A stretch of 64,000 bases of DNA from Octopus vulgaris (Eukaryota): contig OX597819.1 in the NCBI GenBank assembly GCA_951406725.2, positions 10,044,001 through 10,108,000 of the forward strand. Reading direction: 5' to 3'. Under the pieces are notes generated by a model that saw nothing but the letters and a program-made list of their open reading frames with translations, had not been told where the DNA came from and ran no database searches. Positions 13,601 through 24,700 of this stretch are shown piece after piece. The position numbers and the translations under genes were made by a program. Each line of letters starts with the position of its first letter. The first letter of the stretch is position 1.

Positions 13601-16600
13601 TCCATTTAACTCCATGAAATCAGAATTAAGCACACCAACAGTTAAGAATCCCTTAAGGTCACCAGGAACATTATTTTAGGAACAAAGGTTTCACTTGGTT
13701 TCACTATCCCATCTTCTTTCAGCAACACTGAATTTTGTTAGGATTTTATTGTTCCCATGTTCTCTTTTGTAATAAAGATAAAAAAAGTAATTTTTTTTCT
13801 ATCCTTGAATATATTTTTACGTAAAAAAGAAAAATAGTAAAAGAAGAGCATTTCACTCACCAGATGCTTCCGTTAACTCATTGATAAGGTTTGAAGGAAA
13901 CAATGCTTCCATTAAATCATTAAAAAAACCTTTTAAGGCAGTTGCAACTGCATTCACTTGAATATCTAAGGACAAGATGTCAACTGAAGTATCTGCAAAA
14001 TAATGATGGATATAATTAGTAAAATAAATTGCACACATACACAAGAAAAGAAAAAAAAAAGCATTTACTCTCTCAATCAAGGAGGTCTTGTGTTGGAAGT
14101 TACTTGCTGACCTCAATAGTGTTGGTGTCAGGAAAAAAGTACTCAGTGGTACTCTGTTAGGAAGGGCATCCAACTACAGAAACTATGCCAAAGTAGAGAA
14201 TGTAGCTTAATGCAGGCCTTTGGCTCAACAAATTCTGTCAAACATGGAAGATGGACTTTAAATGATGAGGATGATGGTGTTGCAATGCATTTAACCATCT
14301 TATCAAAATCGCTTCACCACTGCCACTTCCAAAGACAAAAATAAACGATTAACATTTTACTACATATTTGTATCTGGTTTGCAAGATTCTTTATGTGAAT
14401 TTGTGTATTGAAGCATATTTTGTGTCTGGGGAGTCATTTTGTCTTTATGCCTCAAAAGTTCAATTCCCACTCAATTTATTTATTTTTTTTTCTTCCAGAA
14501 TTTTCATTGTTTCTTGTAACTTTCTCAATAGTCATTGACTCTATTATTGGAGCTGCGTTCCTTTTCTTTTCTTTGTGCACATGTGTGTGCATACTCATAT
14601 ATGTGTGTGTGTGTGTATGCATATATGTATGTATGTGTATGTATGTATTCTACATATTCATGAATTTTTTTTTTGTGTGTGTGTGTGTGAGTGTTTGTAT
14701 GCGTGTGTTTAATCTAAATTTAAGTTGTGATTGAATTATTTGATATTACCCATCCATGCCAAATGGCATGGATTTTTACCACATTGTCGGTTGCACCATG
14801 GCTCACCAAAAGTAACAAACAAGACCCCAAAACCATCAGTTACCAGGCTCACCTCAAGTAACTTAATTTTGCAATATTAGGTCACAGGAATTCATTCAAT
14901 GAAAAAAAAAACAATTTTCAATGATTCCAGGATTAGAGATAATCTAGGACATTATATACAATGGGCGTGTGATTTAGGTGGGGGATACTTTGGCTGCTAT
15001 TTTTAGCATGTTGAGCAACCAGATAGAGGCTCTTTCATTGGCTCGATTGTGTGATGAGATTTTTTTACACATATGTGATATGTATATATATCAATGGTAG
15101 AAGTTGGAGAGCTGAGAGTTTTGTGTATTGGCACTTATCAAACATGAATTTGTCCATTGTCACTTTGTAACTTCTGACGAAATAGCTTCTAAAATACAAA
15201 ATATTGTCCAAAATATTAAGAGTAAACCCTGTTCTATGTGACACATTCTACCAGTATCAGAAGTTTGAAAGTGTTTAGTTAAAATAAATTAATTAAATAA
15301 TCTGTATGTCTAACTGAATAGATCTGAAATGGATGAAAGGCAAAGTTGACCTCAGAACGTAAAGACAGATGGAATAGCACTTCTAAAACACAAAATTTTT
15401 TTCAAAAACATTAAGAGTTCATCCTGTTCTATGTGACACATTCAACCAGTATTAGAAGTTTGAAAGTGTTTAGTTAAAAAAAAAATTAATTAAGTAATCT
15501 GTACGCCAAAGTCGACCTCGGCAAAATTATATATATATACTAGCAGTATCGCCCGGCGTTGCTCAGGTTTGTAAGGGAAATAACTATAAAGCATTTTTAG
15601 AGAGTTATAGCCAAAAAATAGCAAAAAAATGGAAAAAAATGATGGTAAATTTTTTTTGAGAGTTAAAAAAGGTGGAGTTGCGTACCCTAGACAGTTTGCG
15701 GTTTGTGTTTCTGATTCTCGACCCCATGTCGAATTTATCGATTTTTTTCAGAACTGGGGGAACTTTTCAAAATTTTCGCTGCGTTAGTTTTGAATTATGA
15801 CATTGGGCTATGTGTGTGTCAAGTTTCATCAGAATCGGTTGAAAGCCGTGGTCAGGGTGAGGGTACAAGAAAACAGACACACAGAAACACGCACAGACAA
15901 ACTGCCGTTTATATAGAGAGAGATATATATACACACATACATACATACACATATATATACATACATATATATAGACCCATACATATAAAAACATGAGCAC
16001 AAGAGCATAAACATACCCACACAAGTACACATACATACGTGCGCACACAGAGAATACGTACATACACATAACCTAAGAGTGTAATAAAAACTAATAAGAA
16101 AAAAGAGGTAATCGATAAGACTATTTAAGGATTTTTTGTGTGTATGTATGTGTTGTGAATGTATATGTGTATGACTGTATATCTTTATGTGTTAAGTGTG
16201 TGTGTTTTTCTATCACTTGTAAATTTATAACAATGTTCCCCTTCTTATATTCGTTTTTGTTCCTACTTTTTTTCTGATTGTTTCCCCTACAATGGGCTAG
16301 ATTTTGAGCAAGGTAACTCTCTCAAATACACCAGCCGGTCTTGTCTATTTTTAAAATTTTATTTAGTTTCAGCTCACAAGCTGTGGCCATGCTGGGGCAC
16401 TGCCATTTGGTGTTGCTACATGATTTTACATCACTGCCATTTGGTGCATGAGAGAGTTCGATGCAGCTGCCCTCATCTGCACCTCCTGCCGTGAAGTTGG
16501 TTCATCTGGGACACCTGACAAGAAGAGATCCAGTTTTATTTTAAAGACGTCTGCATCCACCCCATGCAGGTCTCTTAGGTTCTTCGGGAGGATATTGAAG

Positions 16601-18660
16601 AGCTGTGGGCCTTGGAAGCCCAGACTATCACAGTATCTTGTCCTACATCTTGATGGCAAATTTGGAGTCCTTGGCACTATGCAGTGGCGCCCAGTTCTGG
16701 CATTTGTGTAACTCTCGATGCCAAAGTTTGGGACAAGTCCTTCTAGGATCTTCCAGATGTATATTATGGCAAATCTTTCTCGCCTACACTCTAAGGAATA
16801 GAGTCTCAATCTCTTGAGTCTTTCTCAATAGCTTATATGCTGCACAGAGGCTATCTTCTTTGTGTAGCTTTGTTGGATCGCCTCAAGTTCTGTGATTAAC
16901 TTGACACTTGATCAATGTTTTTTCCTTGTTAAGTTCTCTTTGGTATTTTCTCTGCTTGTATGTACATTTTTACTTTATTTATTGTAACTTTTTTCAAGCA
17001 TAACTTTGCCTATCAGTTTTAGCCTCATGTAATATAAATATATTTTCGTTTTTCAATATCAATACATATAACTCTCTATGGTTTTTTTCTACTAGTGCAC
17101 CTGCTAAACATAATTCTTATGTTTAGCTTAATGGGTAGAGCGCTGCAACTGGATATTGGAGAGGTGTGAACTCTACCCTCATGGCTGGTTGCCAGCAAAT
17201 TTTTCTGTTCTAGAAAGGATCTTATACTTTATATATACTAGTCAGTATTTACATGTTGAAAAAATATATCTTTGTACTTGTTCTATATACACATACATAA
17301 ATATATATACGTCTTATATACATACACATATATACTTAAAGCTAAAATATATTCGTAGTTTTCATTGATAAAATGTATATTTCCATCTGTTTGTTCTATT
17401 CCTGTAAACAATGTAATTTCACGAGTAGTTTATAAACGCTTAATAAGATGTTTGTCGTTTTGAAATTTTTTTAGTTAACGATACGCTTTTTGAGAGATGA
17501 GTAAACTTTTCATCATCATCATCATCATCATCATCATTTAGCGTCCGTTTTCCATGCTAGCATGGGTTGGACGGTTCAACTGGGGTCTGGGGAGCCCGAA
17601 GGCTGCACCAGGCCAAAGAAATATTAATGTACTCTATATAAGTATTGATTGTTAAATATGAATTTGTAATTTTCTATTTGTTAATGATAATTTAGATATG
17701 TACAGTTATTTAATTATTATTAGTTTATAATTATTATATCTGAACATAAATTTTAAGATATTAGGTGGTAACTTTGCAATTTAGATCGTAAAAATGTTTT
17801 AATCTAACTATAAGTTTCTTATATTTCATAAATATTTTCTAAAGATATCTATAATATTTATGTAAGAAATAATGGACTAATTTATTTATTGGTATATGTT
17901 TATATGTTTATTGATTGAAAAAATATAGTTTTTTAATTACTATATTTGTTGATTATAATTTAGATACTTATTTTTATGTATTTATTATTTTATAATTATT
18001 ATATGCGAACTAAAATCTAAAAATACTAATAGTGATTGTTTTGTTAAATAGTTTGGTAATTAAATATTAGAGTATAACTAGGTTAAAGATATTCTATAGT
18101 TTATTAATGTTTTTTAAGCTAAATTATATATACACAGATAAATACATTTTTCTATCTATTTACTCTATTTTCTGACCTTAAATATTTAACATAATAAATG
18201 TATTGTAGGAAACTGATCCTAATGTTTCAAGTTTCAAATTTAGTTAATGGAGTTTCTTCTATAAGAAAAATCATTATTTTATTTCTTTTTTAATATTGTT
18301 AACCTGAAGATTGACTATAATTTTAAATAATTCATTTCAATTAAATTTAATTGTAATTTGAATTTAATTATAGCCATGAAATGTACGTAGTTTTTTTAAA
18401 TTTTACTTATTATATATTGATTATTAATTTTTATACTTATTGTGATTTAGTTATATGTTTTATAAAAATATATTTTATTTGTTATTTATGTTTTGGTTTA
18501 CGTCTATCATTGTTTGAATTGCATTAATAGAGGTTTTATCTCTAATTTATATTCTATATATTTATATTGTGAAATTTGATTTAATACTAAATTGAATTTT
18601 CCCCTGTAAGTTTGGAGTTATACTCCCTAATAATATTATTATTATTATATACACATATAC

Positions 18661-18709
<49 letters not shown>

Positions 18710-18724
18710 TATATATATATATAT

Positions 18725-18762
<38 letters not shown>

Positions 18763-21700
18763 ACACATATATGTACATACATATATATACATACACATAT
18801 ATATCATCATTATCGTTTAATGTCCGTTTTCCATGCTGGTATGGGTTGAATGGTTCGACGGGGTTTGGAAAGCCAGGAGGCTGCACCAAGTCCCAATCTG
18901 ATAGTGTAGACACTCTGCGAGATCAAGACTGGAGCCTGGTGCAGCCATCTGGTTCACCAGTCCTCAGTCAAAATCGTCCAACCCATGCTAGCATGGAAAG
19001 TGGACATTAAACAATGATTATATATATATATATATATATATAGGCATGGTTACATACATAAACATAAACATAAATACCTTCTTGAAATTTATTTAGTAGT
19101 AACTCTACTTGGGCACGATTTCCAGGAACCCGGTAAATACCTTCGGCAGTCATACCTTGAAATTAAAAAAACAGAAAAGTATGTTACTTTCATGAATTAG
19201 TAAAATAGAAAACAGTTCATATTAGGATTTTTCAAGACAAACTTCTAGGATTACATTATCCAAAATACGTCTCCGTTTTCAAGATGGTTTATGTAATTTG
19301 AAAAAAGTTAGACTGCTATTTCAAGCTTTCTCACTGGCTACTCATCTAGCTGGGTAATCCCTTTGTGATGCTAAAGAACTTGGACAAACAACTATCATTT
19401 CAAGACTTTGTTTGATTTCTTGCAGCAGTTAATTGAAGTAACTTGAAATTGCATTACCTTGTTCATTTTTTCATGAACACCTGGAGTCCATAATGTTTAA
19501 GGGATACTCTTAAACATAGACGCACAAACACAAACACACACACATAAATATATATATATATATATATATATACGACAGGCTTCTTTCAGTTTCCGTCTAC
19601 CAAATCCACTCACAAGGCTTTGGTCGGCCCGAGGCTATAGCAGAAGACTCCTGCCCAAGGTGCCACGCAGTGGGACTGAACCACCCGGAACCATGTGGTT
19701 GGTTAGCAAGCTACTTACCACACAGCCACTCCTGCTGTGTATTCTATGAAATCTAATCATGTATTCTATAAAATACACACTGGCTGAAAACCTGACTACA
19801 ATACAGTTAAAGTTTTTACATGTATCGTGCATTTAACAATATAGTATTGTACTTTTTAATGTGTAATCATGTACTTAACATACTGTAGTCATATGTTCAT
19901 AAAAGGAATATTGTAAGCAAAAGTATATTGAACTCTGAACATCATAAGGACAATACTACATACAAAACATATTTGTGTGTTCAACAAAGTTATGCATATA
20001 ATCAAATATAGTTGAATATTCAACAATATCATCATCATCGTTTAGCGTCCGCTTTCCATGCTAGCATGGGTTGGACGGTTCAACTGGGGTCTGGGAAGCC
20101 AGAAGGCTGCATCAGGCCCAGTCTGATCTGGCAGTGTTTCTACGGCTGGATGCCCTTCCTAACGCCAACCACTCCGTGAGTGTAGTGGGTGCTTTTTACG
20201 TGCCACCCGCACAGGTGCCAGACGGAGCTGGCAAACGGCCACGAACGGATGGTGCTTTTTATGTGCCACCGGTACGGGGGCCAGGCGAGGCTGGCAACGG
20301 CCACGATCGGATGGTGCTTTTTACATGCCACTGGCACGGGGGCCAGGCGAGGCTGGCAACGCCACGATCGGATGGTGCTTTTTACGTGCCACCGGCACGG
20401 GGGTCAGGCGAGGCTGGCAATGGCCATGAAATATATAGTTTATAAATACAGTGCTGTATTCCACAACAAACAAGTATCTATTCTATAGAGCACAATCAAT
20501 GGAATATACTTGTGTACTTAACCCCTTACCCAACAATTATTTTGAAAATAAATGTATTTTTTCAGACATATTTTTTAATTATTTTAATCCAGACAGATTT
20601 TGGCGAGTCTATCTTTTGACGAGTTAACTCGCCAGAGATAGTAAAAAAACGATTTCAGTCAAAACGCATATATTCGTTTCTGCCGGGTAAGGGGTTAATA
20701 GCTCTACAAAATATTTAATACAAAGAGACATGTAGAAATCATTATATTAATGAAACTAACACATATGAAAGAGAAATAATAACAGATAGATTAGGTACCT
20801 TCTTCATCAATGAATTCAACACATCTTTCTACAAATAAAGGTACTCCATGGTTCTTAGTTGACATTTGATAGTCTTCTAATACTAGACCACTTTGGGATG
20901 CACCAGCTATTTTCCCATCTTTCTTTTTAATTTTCTTCTGTAATTTTTGCTGCTCTTTGAGCTTTTTCTCCTGTTTGAAAAAAAAAACAAAGCAATTTTT
21001 ATGTGTGAGTACTTGATTGATTGATTGATTGCACATTAAATAAATTTGTTCAGCACAAATAGAGATAAGACACAAATTAAAATGAAAATGCACTTAAAAT
21101 CCTTTAGTTTTTCTACATTTTTCCCAACTGTTTCCCTAGCTGTCATGAATTATGAGTACAGCAAAGTAAATGTCGATCTCCATTTGTCTTTTCCCCAAAA
21201 GTAGTTATATTAGTATCAACAGACATTGTACAGTAACTCCTATTCAGATGCATTTTTTCTTAATAAACAAGCTTTATTTGTTGGTTGGTAATATTATCAG
21301 TGCATTGCTACCATAGGCGCAGGAGTGGCTGTGTGGTAAGTAGCTTGCTAACCAACCACATGGTTCCGGGTTCAGTCCCACTGCGTGGCACCTTGGGCAA
21401 GTGTCTTCTGCTATAGCCCTGGGCCGACCAATGCCTTGTGAGTGGATTTGGTAGACGGAAACTGAAAGAAGCCTGTCGTAAATATGTATATATATATATG
21501 TATGTGTGTGTGTTTGAGCAAAACAGTGATGTCATGTTTACATCCCTTGTAAACAATACATCCTGTAGCAGTGTGCTTTCAAACTGTGATGCCCAATGGA
21601 AAGAAAAAAACAGAAAAAACCCTTTACTTGAAAAACTGGTAGCAGTTGGTAACATAAAAGGTAACCAACCATAAATGCTATTTCAATAAGTCTTCATCCA

Positions 21701-24700
21701 GCCTGTACAAGCAAGGAAAGTGAATGTAAAAACAAATGAGATCACTAAAGATTGCAAATCTTAGAATTTGTAAACTTTGTGCAAGCTATTATTGAGACTC
21801 CCTTATAAGCAAAGAGAATATTGGTAATGTTCTTCTTAAGTATAGTTACTGTTTCGGTGCTGTTGAATCAGACTAAGTTATGTTCCTAATGGAGACTGCC
21901 TTTGAAGGCTTTGTTCAATGACATGAAATAGACCTTGCATAAGAAATGATGCCTAGTATACTCATATTATAGAAAGTGGGAAATTATTACAAGTAATTAA
22001 CTTGCAGAAAAAAAAGTACTTTTCTAGGTATTGACTTTTTTTTTTTTACAATAATTACAGAAAATTCACACAGACAGTCATGAATTTGAAAATGATTAAA
22101 ACACAAACCTCTTCTTTCTGTCTCTTTTTCTCTTCTTTTTTCTTCGCTCTGTCAGTTGTGCTTTCTTTGTGGCGGATTTTCACATGGAACTTGTCCTTCC
22201 AATTGCTACCATCAGTGAGATCTCCATAGTCATCTAAGGTGTCATACTAGGAAAAAAAAAATTCATCATTTGTAAAGATTGAATTTAATTAAAACACTGA
22301 CCAGGCACCTACCCACCACACAAATACTCATATTCCACTACACTACCCTTCATAGTTACTGAACCATGCATATAGTCTATCCAATAGTAATATGTTATAT
22401 GCAGAACTTTTTGTGTGTAAGACAGTGAGAACATCATAAACTACCCATTATTTATTGTAAGAAGCAGTTTCCAACTGATGAAAGATATGAAGAGTATCAA
22501 AAATTGAGAATGTCATTAAAAGAAACAGTAAAACCATTTTTGAAAAGGCATTTCTATAAAGAACAATATTTCTTAAAGATTTAAGAAATTATATTCATTA
22601 TAGGATTTAACTGAACAATGTATTTTGTTGTACATTTCAAAACTCTTATATTACAGCTACCTTACTTAACTTCCATATATTCATCTTCCCCATCCATGGG
22701 GAAAAGAATCCTCAGACACCTGCTCCATGGAGTCCTATCAGAAGCAGCCATCATTACACTTGTTCCAGTTGGCTTCCCAAGCGTGACCAACTACGGATAT
22801 TATCCAACCATCTTACTCTTGACCTATCCCCAGGTCTCCTGCTACTGTCTTGCAGTTCTTTCCTATGACATTCTAACTCATGTCCATAGTATGAAGACTG
22901 TGGGAGTTCAGCTTTCTGCCAGCCTCTCCTGAGGATTGAACACTAGAGCTGACACATCACTGTGCCAGCACATGTCATTTTAGCAGCCAACTCAGCCTTC
23001 TCCTTCACACCATTCATGAATATGTATCTGAGATACTTAAAACTTTCCCACTTGTCTCAGTGGTGTTCCACAAACACTCAGAGTTGCACTGGGAAGACTT
23101 TCTGGAGCAGATCCTTGTCACAGTCTTTGCAACACTAATTCCCGTTCCTGCCTTGCAGCATTTGGCAGAAAACCCATTCAATACATGCTGGAGATTACCC
23201 TCTGATGAGCCAAGTAACACCAATGTTGTCTGGAATAGCAGCCAACTGATCTTACACCCACCAAGTGTGAAAGCACAAACATTATGGAAAGGAGACACCG
23301 ACAACTTGTATCCCTGTTGAAATCTAACACCTACATTGAAAGGTTTTGACCTAGCACCATTTACCAGAACACGAACATCCTAATTTTTAAAAAGGGAGGC
23401 AAAAGGGAATTTAAGATTAATAGACAACTTCTGGTTGCTGTGAAGTCCCTATACAAATGCCATACTAAACTTAATATCTGTAATTTTGTGTCCCAAAGCT
23501 ATTCATGTCTATACTGTTGTACATTAGAAATATTGTCGGGCAGCAGCAGGAAGGTTTATCATCACAATTTAATTTTTTTTATAATTAAAAATCACCTCTG
23601 TCCATAGTTGTAAGGTGGTGGTTGATTTAACAGCCCTGTGATGAAAGGCATTCAAGTCATGGCAATCTTGCTTTTGTTGAAAGTATATTGAATACATACT
23701 CTTTTTACTCTCTTTTACTTGTTTCAGTCATTTGACTGCGGCCATGCTGGAGCACCGACTTTAGTCAAGCAAATCGACCCTGGGACTTATTCTTTGGAAG
23801 CCCAGTACTTATTCTATCGGTCTCTTTTGCCGAACCGCTAAGTGACAGGGACATAAACACACCAGCATTGGTTGTCAAGCAATGCTAGGGGGACAAACAA
23901 GACACACACACACACACATACATATATATATATACATATATACGACAGGCTTCTTTCAGTTTCCGTCTACCAAATCCACTCACAAAGCATTGGTCGGCCT
24001 GGGGCTATAGCAGAAGACACTTGCCTAAGATGCCACGCACTGGGACTGAACCCGGAACCATGTGGTTGGTTAGCAAGCTACTTACCACACAGCCACTCCT
24101 GCGCCTACATAACTACATTACTATGGATACATATCTAATTCCCACTTTTAAGATGGTAAGGTGTGATTTGAGCATAATTTAGCTGCTACTTCAAGCTAGT
24201 TGAGTGACTGCATAGTCCACTCCTTTGGTTCATAGTTGAATGGGTTAAATGTATTCTATTGGCCATACAATGGTGTATTCGAGACCAAAATGATGCTAAC
24301 ATAGGTGAATGGATGAGAAAACAAAAAGCAGAATTCATAGAAAATTATTTTACCAAGGAATACCCTTTAACATTCAACACTTTCATATACCATGAATAGC
24401 AGAGAAAACTGTACAACAGTAGTGGTGGTGGTAATAGAGGTACTGATTTTGTTAAATAGTTATGTTAAATTTTTGACACAGTGTCAGATTTCAAGTTTGA
24501 ACTATACAAAGTTTGGAGGGTCTTTGCTATAAAATTATACTAAAACACCCCCTACTGTCACGTTCGTGTTAGATTGACAGTATACAACCATTCTATCGCC
24601 CCACCACTGTACATGTCTCTACGAGAGATTTAGAAATTTAGCATTTCTGATTTTGATAATCAGTGAATAGACTTCACTGAAATTTAGATATATACATTAT

